Of a DNA stretch of 64,000 nt, positions 27,756 to 37,935 are shown one piece after another. Where the stretch lies: contig CALQZX010000005.1 in assembly GCA_943350175.1 (NCBI GenBank), forward strand, positions 150 through 64,149. The letters run 5' to 3'. This stretch comes from Parcubacteria group bacterium. Lineage in GTDB: Bacteria > Patescibacteriota > Microgenomatia > UBA1400 > PJMF01. The notes beneath the pieces were generated by a model. That model saw only the letters and a list, made by a program, of their open reading frames with translations, was not told where the DNA came from and searched no databases. The translations under genes were made by a program, and so were the position numbers. Positions within the stretch are counted from its first letter, which is position 1. Each line of letters opens with the position of its first letter.

Positions 27756-28395
27756 AAATATGTCAAATGACCGAGAAAAAATGGTTAGTCAAGAAAAAAT
27801 TGCTGAATTAGTTAAGCTAATTTTGAGAGTTGGCGGAGTAGGAGTTTTTGTTAATCTTTTTAAAGATGCAAAAATTACTTGTAATGGAGAAATCATGGAG
27901 ATTAATGGTGGTCTGCCTTACCAACAAATAACTGGTGTTTATGAATTAGCTGGTCCATTAAAAATTTTTTCCAACGAAGCAATGGATAGGACAATGTCTT
28001 TTGTTGAAGGAGACTTGTTTAATAGAGGAACTGAGCAACTTGGTATAGCAATAGCAGACATGCAGCTTGGAGAACTAAGAAAAGAGATGTTGGCTTTTAA
28101 TATAATATTTGAAACTAAGGATTTTCCTTCAAAAAATGTTTTTATAATTACCTTGCCAAAAGTTGATGGTGAAGAATTAATTTCCACTTTAAAACAAGAT
28201 CCAAGTGTTGCAATTAAACTTTTTGAATCCATAGTTACTGGTCTCGATGAGGCTAGTCCAAGGGCTGCAAACGATGCTTACAAAATGATAATTAGTCTTC
28301 AAAAAAGATTGTTTGGAATTCCAGTTCCGCTCCGACCTCAATATAGGAAAAAAGAGGTTTTGACAGGAAGTTTAATTAAAGAAGAAGATAAATAG
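27739..28395 (+). CDS. hypothetical protein (overlaps secA stop by 17 nt)
   Basis: 218-aa ORF with no recognisable motif. Confidence 0.4.
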   Translation: MSIRSKNMSNDREKMVSQEKIAELVKLILRVGGVGVFVNLFKDAKITCNGEIMEINGGLPYQQITGVYELAGPLKIFSNEAMDRTMSFVEGDLFNRGTEQLGIAIADMQLGELRKEMLAFNIIFETKDFPSKNVFIITLPKVDGEELISTLKQDPSVAIKLFESIVTGLDEASPRAANDAYKMIISLQKRLFGIPVPLRPQYRKKEVLTGSLIKEEDK

Positions 28396-28397
28396 AA

Positions 28398-29063
28398 ATG
28401 CTCTTATCTGTTCTGTCTAAAACTATCAATAATAAGCCAGACATAATTCAGTTTGCCAAAGATCGCAAATATGAAGAAGCTTGGATAATTCCGTTAGAAT
28501 CAAACAAGCCTTCAGAGCAAGGCATTTCTGCCTATTTAAGTAAAAATAACTACGAGCTTCTAATTGTTGAGTATATTTGGAACAGCAAGATCGATAATGA
28601 ACGTTTTGTTTTAACTGTTTTTCTAGATCAAAATTGTCAGCTTCGAGACCATAAAATTTTCATAGATTTATGTTTAGAGATGTTTTTTAATTACGATACT
28701 TTTACTAACTTTATTGAGCTTTTTGATCAAAAAATTATTGGTCGATCATATTTGTTTTTGAATTCACCAGAAACTTGCAACATGAGCATTTTTAATTATT
28801 GGCTATCGGTCGGGCCAGTTGACTTGTGGAATCATGGCGAAGTTTATAATTTTGAAGTCATAAAACAAAAAATTGAATCTAGACCAGAAGTAGAAAAAAC
28901 AAAATTAAATTATCAAGGCTTGCTCTTTCGATTTAATATTTCAGGAAAAGAGAATGGACCTATTTATGGTTTAAAAACACCGTGTTGTCAAAAAGACGGT
29001 GAAGAATGGACGGTTGATTGCGATTTGGTGAATGAGTGGATGAAAAAGATAATAAAAATATGA
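28398..29063 (+). CDS. hypothetical protein
   Basis: 221-aa ORF, 2 nt after the preceding gene. Cys-rich C-terminus (TPCCQKDGEEWTVDCD). Confidence 0.4.
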   Translation: MLLSVLSKTINNKPDIIQFAKDRKYEEAWIIPLESNKPSEQGISAYLSKNNYELLIVEYIWNSKIDNERFVLTVFLDQNCQLRDHKIFIDLCLEMFFNYDTFTNFIELFDQKIIGRSYLFLNSPETCNMSIFNYWLSVGPVDLWNHGEVYNFEVIKQKIESRPEVEKTKLNYQGLLFRFNISGKENGPIYGLKTPCCQKDGEEWTVDCDLVNEWMKKIIKI

Positions 29064-29638
29064 AAAACGCTCTTATCCTCCATGGCACAGGCGGTTTTCC
29101 CACAGAAAATTGGTTTGATTGGTTGCGCCAAGAATTGGAAAAATTAAATTTCACTGTAGCTGTCCCACAGTTGCCAAGTTGTGATCGCCCAAATATTAAA
29201 ACTTACAATAATTTTTTACTCGAAGAAAAATCCTACAAATTTAATGAAGAAAGTATTTTAATTGGTCATTCTTCTGGAGCAGTGGCAATCTTTGGCTTAC
29301 TTCAAGCTTTGCCAGAATCAGTTAAGGTTGACACCTGTTATTTAGTTGGTGCTTTTAAAGATAATCTAAATTGGGATTCTCTAAATGGTTTGTTTGAGGA
29401 ACCTTTTGACTTTGCCAAAATCAAAAATAAAGCCAAGCATTTTGTTTTTATTCATTCAGATAATGATCCTTACTGTCCACTAGAACATGCTAAATTTTTA
29501 GCGAAAGAATTAGACGGTGAGTTAATAATTAAAGAAGGTCAAAAACATTTTAGTGTTGGGACCTTCGGTAAAGAATATAGAAAATTTCCATTTTTACTTG
29601 AATTAATTGAGAAAGGTCAAAATGCAATTAAAAAATAA
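29036..29638 (+). CDS. alpha/beta-fold serine hydrolase (RBBP9/YdeN family)
   Basis: ALILHGTGGFPTENWF…, GHSSGA nucleophile elbow, and the short ~200-aa fold typical of PF06821. Confidence 0.6.
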   Translation: MDEKDNKNMKNALILHGTGGFPTENWFDWLRQELEKLNFTVAVPQLPSCDRPNIKTYNNFLLEEKSYKFNEESILIGHSSGAVAIFGLLQALPESVKVDTCYLVGAFKDNLNWDSLNGLFEEPFDFAKIKNKAKHFVFIHSDNDPYCPLEHAKFLAKELDGELIIKEGQKHFSVGTFGKEYRKFPFLLELIEKGQNAIKK

Positions 29639-30323
29639 ATCAGTAGTAATTACTGGCGGCTCAGATGGACTTGGATTCTCTTTGGCAAAAGTACTATCGG
29701 CGAAAGGTGCTTTAGTTAATCTAATTGCTAGAGACAAAAAAAAGCTTGACTCGGCAGTTAAAGAGTTGGGCTCAAATGCTAATGGTTTTGTGGCAGATGT
29801 GAGTAACTGGCAGGAAATTGAGAGAGTCGCACAAAAGATCGAATCGATCGATATTTTGATTAATAATGCTGGAGTTTGGATTGAGGGATCTCTTCTTGAT
29901 TGCGAAATTGCTAGGATTGACCAAGCAATCGACATTAATTTAAAAGGTGTAATTTATGCAACTAAAGCCTTTTTGCCAAAGTTAAAAAAAGGAACAGAAG
30001 CTCATGTCCTAAATGTGGTTTCAACTTCTGGTCTAAAAGGTAGAGACGGTCAAAGCGTTTATTGTGCTAGCAAATTTGGCGTCTCAGGTTTTACAGAAGC
30101 CTTAAAAATTGATTTAGAAAAAACAAACGTCAAAGTGACTGGCTTTTATCCAGGTGGAATGAAAACTCATTTGTTTGATAAGGCCGGCAATCCAAAAGCC
30201 AATCAGGACTGGATGAACACTGACAAAGTAGCAGAAATTATTGTCTTTATGCTAGAACAAGATATGAATATGGTCATGGATCAGGTGGTGCTTAATAAGC
30301 GCATGACGCAAACTTCTAACTAA
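29607..30323 (+). CDS. short-chain dehydrogenase/reductase (SDR)
   Basis: TGGSDGLG Rossmann motif, NNAG, and catalytic YxxxK (YCASKFGVSGF). Confidence 0.8.
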   Translation: MRKVKMQLKNKSVVITGGSDGLGFSLAKVLSAKGALVNLIARDKKKLDSAVKELGSNANGFVADVSNWQEIERVAQKIESIDILINNAGVWIEGSLLDCEIARIDQAIDINLKGVIYATKAFLPKLKKGTEAHVLNVVSTSGLKGRDGQSVYCASKFGVSGFTEALKIDLEKTNVKVTGFYPGGMKTHLFDKAGNPKANQDWMNTDKVAEIIVFMLEQDMNMVMDQVVLNKRMTQTSN

Positions 30324-30325
30324 AT

Positions 30326-31189
30326 ATGCCAGAGCTACCAGAAGTCGAGTCAATAAGGCGCAAACTCAATCAAATTTTGTCCGAGCGCCAGATCAGAAGC
30401 ATCGAAGTCCGTCGCGATAAAAGCTTTCTAGCCTTCCCTACTACCGGTGAGGAAATTTTAAATAATATTGTTGTGGGAGTTAAGCGTCGGGCAAAAATTT
30501 TGCAAATTGTTTTGGATGGCAAGCGTGATCTTTTAATTCATTTGAAAATGACTGGTCAATTAATTTTTATGGATATTGATGGTCAAAGAGCTGGCGGTGG
30601 TCACCCATCAGCTGACTGGGTTAATGATCTGCCTGGGAAGCACACCAGAGTTATTTTTTATCTGACTGATGGCTCGCGACTTTTTTTCAACGACATGCGT
30701 GTCTTTGGCTGGATTCGCTCGCCCCTCAAAATAGACGTCGACCAAGAATTTGTTAATTATGGTCCAGATATTGATGATCCAAATTTGACTGTCGATTATT
30801 TGCTAGACGCTGCTAAAAGGCGTCAAATTCCCATTAAACAATTCATTATGGATAACGCAGTGCTTTGTGGTGTTGGTAACATTTACGCTAGCGAGTCTTT
30901 ATTTGCAACCGGCATTAATCCAACAAAATCAACCAAAGAAATCACAAAAAAGGAAATGACAATTTTGCTCAAAGCGATGCAAAAAATCATTGCTCGTTCC
31001 ACTGAGTTAGGCGGGACCACTTTTGATGGCAAATACGTGGGAGTCGATGGTTTTGCTGGTGGCTTTCAAAATGAACTTAAAGTCTATGGTCGCGATGGTC
31101 AACCGTGTTTAAGCTGCAAAACCAAAATTTCCAAAATTAAGCAAGGTGGTCGTGGGACATTTTACTGTCAGTCTTGTCAACAAAAATAA
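30326..31189 (+). CDS. fpg: formamidopyrimidine-DNA glycosylase
   Basis: N-terminal MPELPEVE, H2TH domain, and C-terminal zinc finger CLSCKTKISKIKQGGRGTFYCQSCQ. Confidence 0.85.
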   Translation: MPELPEVESIRRKLNQILSERQIRSIEVRRDKSFLAFPTTGEEILNNIVVGVKRRAKILQIVLDGKRDLLIHLKMTGQLIFMDIDGQRAGGGHPSADWVNDLPGKHTRVIFYLTDGSRLFFNDMRVFGWIRSPLKIDVDQEFVNYGPDIDDPNLTVDYLLDAAKRRQIPIKQFIMDNAVLCGVGNIYASESLFATGINPTKSTKEITKKEMTILLKAMQKIIARSTELGGTTFDGKYVGVDGFAGGFQNELKVYGRDGQPCLSCKTKISKIKQGGRGTFYCQSCQQK

Positions 31190-32237
31190 CCGCTAAAAAA
31201 GTACTAATCGGTACTGCCAAGATTAGACCAATACTTCCAACTAAAGTACGTATTATTTCATCAGCAATAATTTCATAATTAACTATTTCTGCGAATGGTC
31301 GAGCTGCATCATTGAAAAGTAAAAGTAGTGGTAAAGAGGCACCGGCATAAACTAGAACCAAAGTATTAACCATGGAAGAAATATGATCGTGACCAACTTG
31401 CATGGCTCTCACATAAAGCTCTCCTGCTTTTAATTTTGGATTGGCAATTTTTAATTGTTGCACGATAGAAGCTTGTGAAACTGTAATGTCATCCAAAACT
31501 CCAAGGACACCAATAATTACTCCGGCCAATAGTAAGCCTTTCATATTTAATAATCCTGGATACATGACTTGTAGGAATCCGGCTTCTTCTGAAGATAAGC
31601 CACTTAATTTGGCGAAATTAATAAAAAAGCTGGCAAGAAATCCAGTGACTAATAAAGCCAAAAGTGTACTAAAGACAGCCACTGTAGTTTTGCGATTAAC
31701 ACCATGTGAAGGATAAAAAGTAGCAGGAATAATCATCAGTGATCCAAGAATAGCGATCAAAATTGGATTATTACCCTCAGCAATTTTTGGCAAAATGAAA
31801 TAGATAATCACTAGAAATGAAAAAGCCATGCCGAGCAAAGAGCCAAGTCCTCGCCACTTGGAAATGAGTAAAACCATAAAAATAAAAATCACAAATAAAA
31901 TCAATAAAGCATTAGTACGAACTTGATCGGCAATAAAAAATGTCTTTTCATCAGCTTGATAGATCATTAATTTATTTCCGACTTTATATTCAATTCGTGG
32001 ATCAAGATTTTCGACACTGATTTTTTGTCCAAAAAGATCTCCTTTGCTGGTGATAGTCAGTTCCAGTTTTTGAAACATTTCTCCAGCATTAAAAGTGCCG
32101 GAAGTTTTCTTTTCTAGAATTTGAGTGATGGTTCCTTGATAATTTTTTGGTTGATTTTCGGATTGAGCACTTATTTTGTTAGTAAAAATACTAAAAAAAA
32201 CAAAAGCAAAAAAGATGGCTATAAGTATTTTTTTCAT
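31137..32237 (-). CDS. YibE/F-like polytopic membrane protein
   Basis: Signal peptide plus a soluble N-domain, then ≥6 TM helices. Layout resembles the YibE/F family. Confidence 0.45.
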   Translation of the reverse strand: MKKILIAIFFAFVFFSIFTNKISAQSENQPKNYQGTITQILEKKTSGTFNAGEMFQKLELTITSKGDLFGQKISVENLDPRIEYKVGNKLMIYQADEKTFFIADQVRTNALLILFVIFIFMVLLISKWRGLGSLLGMAFSFLVIIYFILPKIAEGNNPILIAILGSLMIIPATFYPSHGVNRKTTVAVFSTLLALLVTGFLASFFINFAKLSGLSSEEAGFLQVMYPGLLNMKGLLLAGVIIGVLGVLDDITVSQASIVQQLKIANPKLKAGELYVRAMQVGHDHISSMVNTLVLVYAGASLPLLLLFNDAARPFAEIVNYEIIADEIIRTLVGSIGLILAVPISTFLAVIFVDKTDSKMSHDHLA

Positions 32238-33133
32238 GAGTTTAGTTTTTTCTTTTTCTCTAGAACTAATTTTACTTTTTTAATAATGCCTAAATAATCT
32301 AAACCATATTTATGCAGCAAATCACTATCTTTGCCCGACTCGCCAAAAGTATTGTCGGTGCCGATACTTTCAATAGCAATTGGTTTTTGTAATTGTTTTC
32401 CAGCAGCTTTGGCGATAGTCTGAATCACTAAAGCATTCAAACCAGAGTTAATTTCATGCTCGCTAGCGACAATTGCTGCGCCAGTTTTAGCCACACTTTT
32501 AATAATTGATTCTTCATCAAGTGGTTTGATAGTATGCAAGTTAATAACCTCAACGGAGAGACCAATTTTTTCCAACTCCAGAGCAGCTTTGAGCGATTCT
32601 TGAACCATTAATCCACAGGCAAAAATACTTAAATCTTTTCCTTCTTTGAGAACTTGGGCTTTGCCAATTTTTATTTCTGATAAATTGACAAAACTAGCAA
32701 TAGCTTCTAATTTTTTTCTACCAAGTCTTAAATAACATGGGCCGTTATGAGCGGCAATTTGTTTGGTTAAGATGAAAGTTTGTTCGCTATCGGCAGGCAC
32801 GATGACAGTCATCTTTGGGAGTGCGCACATAATTCCTATATCCTCTAAAGCTTGGTGAGTGGCCCCATCTTCTCCAGTACTTAAGCCAGCATGACCGCCA
32901 ATGACTTTAATATTTAAACCACTATAGGTAGCAACCCTCAACTGATCTAAATTGCGGCCAGGATTAAAAACAGCAAAGCTGCCAATGAAAGGAATTTTTC
33001 CTGCCAAAGCAAGTCCAGCACCAACGCCCATCATATTTTGTTCGGCCACGCCGCATTCGACGAAGCGATCAGGAAAATTTTCTTTAAATTTATCCAAACG
33101 CAAAGATTCGCTAAGGTCAGCACATAAGACCAC
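32234..33133 (-). CDS. transketolase, C-terminal (pyrimidine-binding) subunit
   Basis: FPDRFVECGVAEQNMMGVGAGLALAG… is the Transket_pyr domain plus the C-terminal domain. The true start is probably a non-ATG codon upstream, near 33200. Confidence 0.85.
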   Translation of the reverse strand: MVLCADLSESLRLDKFKENFPDRFVECGVAEQNMMGVGAGLALAGKIPFIGSFAVFNPGRNLDQLRVATYSGLNIKVIGGHAGLSTGEDGATHQALEDIGIMCALPKMTVIVPADSEQTFILTKQIAAHNGPCYLRLGRKKLEAIASFVNLSEIKIGKAQVLKEGKDLSIFACGLMVQESLKAALELEKIGLSVEVINLHTIKPLDEESIIKSVAKTGAAIVASEHEINSGLNALVIQTIAKAAGKQLQKPIAIESIGTDNTFGESGKDSDLLHKYGLDYLGIIKKVKLVLEKKKKLNS

Positions 33134-33203
33134 GATTTGCTCGTCGACTGCACCAAGCTCAAGTATAGCCTCGCCAAATCCATCCCTAGTAGCTTTTAAT
33201 TCT

Positions 33204-34061
33204 TCATTGTTCAGATGCTTTTTCCTTAAGATTTAACTCGTTAATAGCTTGGTTGTACTCACTCTCATTTGGAGCCTTGCCATGCCACTTATAATCATTT
33301 TCCATGAAAGAAACGCCTTTGCCAGGAACGCTTTTGGCCATAATCATAATTGGTTTATGAGTTTCATTTTTGGCTAATTCTAATTTAGCGAAAATATCTA
33401 CAAAATCATGAGCATTCATTTCCAAAACTTTAAAACCAAAACTCAGTAATTTTAATTTCAGATTACCAAGTGATAATGTTTTATCAACTGACCCGGAAAT
33501 TTGAATATTATTGCAGTCAATAATGCCAATTAAATTATTTAATTGATGATGAATGATAAATTGATAAGCTTCCCAAATTTGTCCCTCTTGTTGTTCTCCG
33601 TCACTCATCATACAAAAAACTTTGTTCTTCTTTTTGTCCATTTTCAAAGCGACGGCCATGCCAGCGGCTTGCGATAAACCTTGGCCGAGCGGACCGGAGC
33701 TATTTTCAACACCAGGGACTTTGTATCTTAGATCAAAAGTAAAATGTGGGTGGCCCTGCAAGCGAGAATTAATTTGACGGAAAGTTTTGAGTTCCTCTTT
33801 TGGAAAATAGCCATCGCGAGCTAGAGTTGCATAAAAAACTGGACTGATGTGACCATTGCTGAGGAAAAAATAATCTCGCTTGTCCCACTCTGGTCTTTTT
33901 GGATCGTGGCGCAAAATTTTACCGATAAAAAGAGCAGTAAAAATATCCGTCATGCCCAAAGAACTGGCAGGATGACCGCTTTGTGCCTCATAAATCATGG
34001 TCAGAAGATCGCGACGAATTTGCCAGGCAGCTTTGCTGATGGATTGATAATTGGCAGGCAT
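33204..34061 (-). CDS. transketolase, N-terminal (TPP-binding) subunit
   Basis: SGHPASSLGMTDIF… and GDGEQQEGQIWEA give the TPP-binding motif of split transketolase. Confidence 0.85.
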   Translation of the reverse strand: MPANYQSISKAAWQIRRDLLTMIYEAQSGHPASSLGMTDIFTALFIGKILRHDPKRPEWDKRDYFFLSNGHISPVFYATLARDGYFPKEELKTFRQINSRLQGHPHFTFDLRYKVPGVENSSGPLGQGLSQAAGMAVALKMDKKKNKVFCMMSDGEQQEGQIWEAYQFIIHHQLNNLIGIIDCNNIQISGSVDKTLSLGNLKLKLLSFGFKVLEMNAHDFVDIFAKLELAKNETHKPIMIMAKSVPGKGVSFMENDYKWHGKAPNESEYNQAINELNLKEKASEQ

Positions 34062-34088
34062 AATTAATTGTTTAATTAATTCTATTTT

Positions 34089-37000
34089 TTAGCTTAGAAT
34101 TTCTTCAATTTTTTTGATCAATACTTCATCATAATTGACTTTGTATGGCAAAACAATTCTTTCAGCTTTGATATCATTAGGAATAACGATAACGATTTTC
34201 TCGCTACCGAGATTAGCTTTTAAAAGTGTCCCAAGTTTTTTGAGAGTTTCCGGAGAAGTTTTGCGGGGCACAAAAATTTCTTGGAAATCTTGACCGCGAG
34301 CGAATTCCACTTCTTCATCTTTGGGAATAATAATTTTTTCCGCAATAATTTTAAATTCCTCTTCTTCATGTTGAACTTTACCACGAACCAGAACTACTTG
34401 ATCTTGTTCGAGCTGAAAACCTAGTTCAGCATAGGTGCGAGGGAAAATAATTAATTCAGCTTTGCCGGATTGATCTTCCAAAGTGGCGAAGGCCATTTTT
34501 TGACCTTTCTTGGTCATAATTTCTTTGAAACGACTGAGCAAACCACCAAATAAGAAAACTTGATCTTGGCTAAATTCTGGATCAAGTTCACCAATTTTCA
34601 TATTTGATCTTTTATTAACCAAATTTAGAGCATCAGCTAAAGGATGATCGGTTAGATACAAGCCAAGCAATTCCTTTTCGAATGACAGCAACTCAGCTTC
34701 TGGATATTCTTTAAGTTTGGGGAAACTATCTTTGATTTCGGCGCTTTTTTCACCGACGTCGGCAAATAAATGATCCTGGCCATCAACTTCTGACTGAAAT
34801 TGACTGGCAGTCTGACGAATACTTTCCAAATTTTCCAGCATAGATGCGCGGGTGGCAAAACTATCCATCGCGCCAACTTTGATCAGACATTCCAGAGTAG
34901 TTTTGTTGACTTTACGGCCATCAGTGGATTGAATGAAATGAGTAAATGATGTGAATTTTTTTTCTTTTTTGCGAGTTTCGATAATGTTTTCAATGGAGGC
35001 GTTGCCGACGTGTTTAATGGCAGTTAGACCAAAGCGAACAGCCATATTTTCTTTGGAAGTTTTATCCTCCTCAATGGTGAAATCCTGACCAGAAAGATTG
35101 ATTTCTGGGGCCAGAATTTTGATGCCCATCTTGCGACAGTTTTCGATGGCAACAGCAATCTTTTCATCACGGTTCATGCCGTGAGAATTGGATTCCACAC
35201 TCATCAAAGCAGTCATATACTCAACTGGATAGTTAGCTTTGAGCCAGGCTGTTTGGTAAGCAATCATAGCGTAACAAGCAGCATGTGCTTTATTAAAACC
35301 ATAATTAGCAAAAGCTTCAATGAAACCCCAGATTTTTTCGACAGTGGCTTTTTCGTAACCATTTTTGACTGATTCTTCAATAAAGCGACTTTTGTTTTTG
35401 TCTAAAATCTTTTTCTTTTTCTTACCAATGGCGCGACGCAACATGTCAGCTTCACCCATGGTGTAGCCAGCCATAAAGTGGACAATTTCCAAAATCTGCT
35501 CTTGGTAAACCATGATCCCGTAAGTTTCCTTCAAAAATGGCTTAAGCGAATCATGAGGATACTCGATCGAATCTGGATTGTGTTTACCTTCAATGAAACG
35601 AGGGATAAGATCCATTGGACCAGGACGATATAGGGCCACCATAGCGGTAATATCTGAGAAAGCACTAGGTTTGAGAGTCTTGGCTACACGACGCATGCCC
35701 GCTGACTCTAGTTGAAAGACTCCAGTTGTCTCACCGGAAACTAAGAGATCAAAAGTTTTTTGATCATCAATTGGAATTTTGTCAATTTCGATGTCTTGGT
35801 TTTTATATTTTTTAATTAATTTAAGAGCTTCCTGAATGATGGATAAATTACGCAGACCCAAAAAGTCAAATTTGAGCAAACCGATGGCGTTGTCATCAAT
35901 GTTGCAGTCCATTGAGTACATATCTAATTGAGTCAAGGTTTTGCCAGAGCGAGAATCTTTTTGAATTGGCGTGTAATTATCCAAACCTTTGTCAGCGATA
36001 ATGATGGCGCAGGCGTGCACACCAGAGTGTCTAATGGTGCCTTCAACTTTGGAGGCTAAATCCATTAAACGTTTGAATTTATCTTGTTTATAGAGACTAT
36101 TCAGTTCAGGAATAGTTTCTATAGCAGATTTAATAGAGACTTTTTTACCTGGCTCATTGGGAATTAATTTGGCTACACGGTCAGGGTCTTCATAGGCCAT
36201 GCCAAGCACGCGACCAATGTCGCGAATGGCAACTCTAGATTCCATTCTTCCAAAAGTGATGACCGAAGCAACATGATCTTCTCCGTATTTCTTGGCCACA
36301 TAATTGATAACCTCATCACGCTTAATATCAGCGAAATCCATATCAATATCAGGCGGCGTAGGGCGTTCAGGATTGAGAAAACGTTCAAATGGTAAGCCGT
36401 GCTGTATTGGATCTAAGGTCGTAATGTTGAGCGAATAAGACACAATCGAGCCAGCCGCACTACCTCTACCAGGACCCACAGCAATGCCTTGGTTTTTGGC
36501 CCAGTTCACAAAATCCTGAGTGATTAAAAAATAAGCTGGGTAGCCTTTGCCGTTAATAATTTCAATTTCATAGTCCAAGCGTTTTTTAATTTCGGGAGTT
36601 ATTTCGCCATATTTTTTCTTGGCTCCTTCAAAACTGAGTTTGCGTAAATAAGAATCATAAGTTTCACCTTCCGGCAAAGTATAGCCTGGAAAAATTAATT
36701 TGCCGGTTGGTATCTCCAGATCACAGCTCTCGGCAATTTTGACGGTGTTTTCAATGGCTTCTGGAACATCAGCAAAAAGCTCAATCATTTCCTCAGTAGA
36801 CTTGAGATAAAAGTCTGGCTTATCAATCATTTTCATGCGTTTCTCATCTGCAATTAACTTGCGAGTTTGTACGCATAAAAGAGCATCTTGAGCCTCTGCA
36901 TCTTCTTTTTCTAAGTAATGAACGTCATTAGTGGCAACCAGTGGTAAATTGAGTTGGCGAGCAATTTGAATCAGCTTGTCACGTAAAATTTTTTCTTCTG

Positions 37001-37568
37001 GAATGTGAGGATGACTTTGGATTTCGATGTAGAAACGATCTTTAAAGATTTTCTTGTATTTCTCTAGAATCTCTATGGCTTGCTCATCCTTACCGTCGGC
37101 TAGGAGACGATTGGCGCGGCTGCTCATGCAGCCGCTAAGCAGAATGACGCCTTCGCTATATTTTTCCAAAGTTTCATCGTCAACGCGAGGCTTATAGGAA
37201 AAGCCTTCAAAGTTGGCAACGGTGACCATCTTCATTAGGTTTTTGTAGCCTGCATAATTTTGAGCGAGAAGTGTTAAGTGGGATTGATCAGCGCCCATGC
37301 GAATTTGCTTGTCGAAGCGGGAATTTTTGGCCACGTAAACTTCAACGCCAACAATAGCCTTAATGCCTTCTTTTTTGCATTCGTTATAAAAAGCGATATT
37401 GCCGTGCATATTGCCATGATCAGTAATGGCAACTGCTGTTTGACCGAGCTCTTTAACTCTTTTGATTAAATCGGGAAGTTTACTCAAACCATCCAGCATT
37501 GAGTACTCAGTGTGAACATGTAGATGAACAAAATCTTGCTTAGACATACCTCTGGAAAAGTCTAGCAT
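34089..37568 (-). CDS. dnaE: DNA polymerase III alpha subunit
   Basis: PHP domain FVHLHVHTEYSMLDG, polymerase core, OB fold. Length 1159 aa. Confidence 0.95.
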   Translation of the reverse strand: MLDFSRGMSKQDFVHLHVHTEYSMLDGLSKLPDLIKRVKELGQTAVAITDHGNMHGNIAFYNECKKEGIKAIVGVEVYVAKNSRFDKQIRMGADQSHLTLLAQNYAGYKNLMKMVTVANFEGFSYKPRVDDETLEKYSEGVILLSGCMSSRANRLLADGKDEQAIEILEKYKKIFKDRFYIEIQSHPHIPEEKILRDKLIQIARQLNLPLVATNDVHYLEKEDAEAQDALLCVQTRKLIADEKRMKMIDKPDFYLKSTEEMIELFADVPEAIENTVKIAESCDLEIPTGKLIFPGYTLPEGETYDSYLRKLSFEGAKKKYGEITPEIKKRLDYEIEIINGKGYPAYFLITQDFVNWAKNQGIAVGPGRGSAAGSIVSYSLNITTLDPIQHGLPFERFLNPERPTPPDIDMDFADIKRDEVINYVAKKYGEDHVASVITFGRMESRVAIRDIGRVLGMAYEDPDRVAKLIPNEPGKKVSIKSAIETIPELNSLYKQDKFKRLMDLASKVEGTIRHSGVHACAIIIADKGLDNYTPIQKDSRSGKTLTQLDMYSMDCNIDDNAIGLLKFDFLGLRNLSIIQEALKLIKKYKNQDIEIDKIPIDDQKTFDLLVSGETTGVFQLESAGMRRVAKTLKPSAFSDITAMVALYRPGPMDLIPRFIEGKHNPDSIEYPHDSLKPFLKETYGIMVYQEQILEIVHFMAGYTMGEADMLRRAIGKKKKKILDKNKSRFIEESVKNGYEKATVEKIWGFIEAFANYGFNKAHAACYAMIAYQTAWLKANYPVEYMTALMSVESNSHGMNRDEKIAVAIENCRKMGIKILAPEINLSGQDFTIEEDKTSKENMAVRFGLTAIKHVGNASIENIIETRKKEKKFTSFTHFIQSTDGRKVNKTTLECLIKVGAMDSFATRASMLENLESIRQTASQFQSEVDGQDHLFADVGEKSAEIKDSFPKLKEYPEAELLSFEKELLGLYLTDHPLADALNLVNKRSNMKIGELDPEFSQDQVFLFGGLLSRFKEIMTKKGQKMAFATLEDQSGKAELIIFPRTYAELGFQLEQDQVVLVRGKVQHEEEEFKIIAEKIIIPKDEEVEFARGQDFQEIFVPRKTSPETLKKLGTLLKANLGSEKIVIVIPNDIKAERIVLPYKVNYDEVLIKKIEEILS

Positions 37569-37596
37569 TAATGAGGAGATTTGTAAAATTTAGATG

Positions 37597-37866
37597 CTAT
37601 TTAAGAAGTTTTTCTTCATGGTCTTCTTCTTCCAAAGAAAAACCCATTCTTACTAGCTGTTCGTCTCCAAGAGCATTAGCTCCTAGGTATTTTGCTGAAA
37701 GTTCTAGAACTAATTTATTAGTTTTCTCTCCATGTTCGCCACGCATCATAATTGCATCAATTAAGTTACTTTTTTCTGTCTTTTCCATTCTGTCGTAAAA
37801 AGAACACAATTTAGCTGCAATTTTTACTGCTTTTTCTTCATCAATTATTGAAACCATTTCAGCCAT
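37597..37866 (-). CDS. small hypothetical protein
   Basis: 89-aa acidic ORF between dnaE and gatB. Confidence 0.3.
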   Translation of the reverse strand: MAEMVSIIDEEKAVKIAAKLCSFYDRMEKTEKSNLIDAIMMRGEHGEKTNKLVLELSAKYLGANALGDEQLVRMGFSLEEEDHEEKLLK

Positions 37867-37935
37867 AAGAATCTTCCTTTGGCAGGCTTAAATACTATTA
37901 GAATTCTAATCCTTATATCAATCTATGTCAAATTT

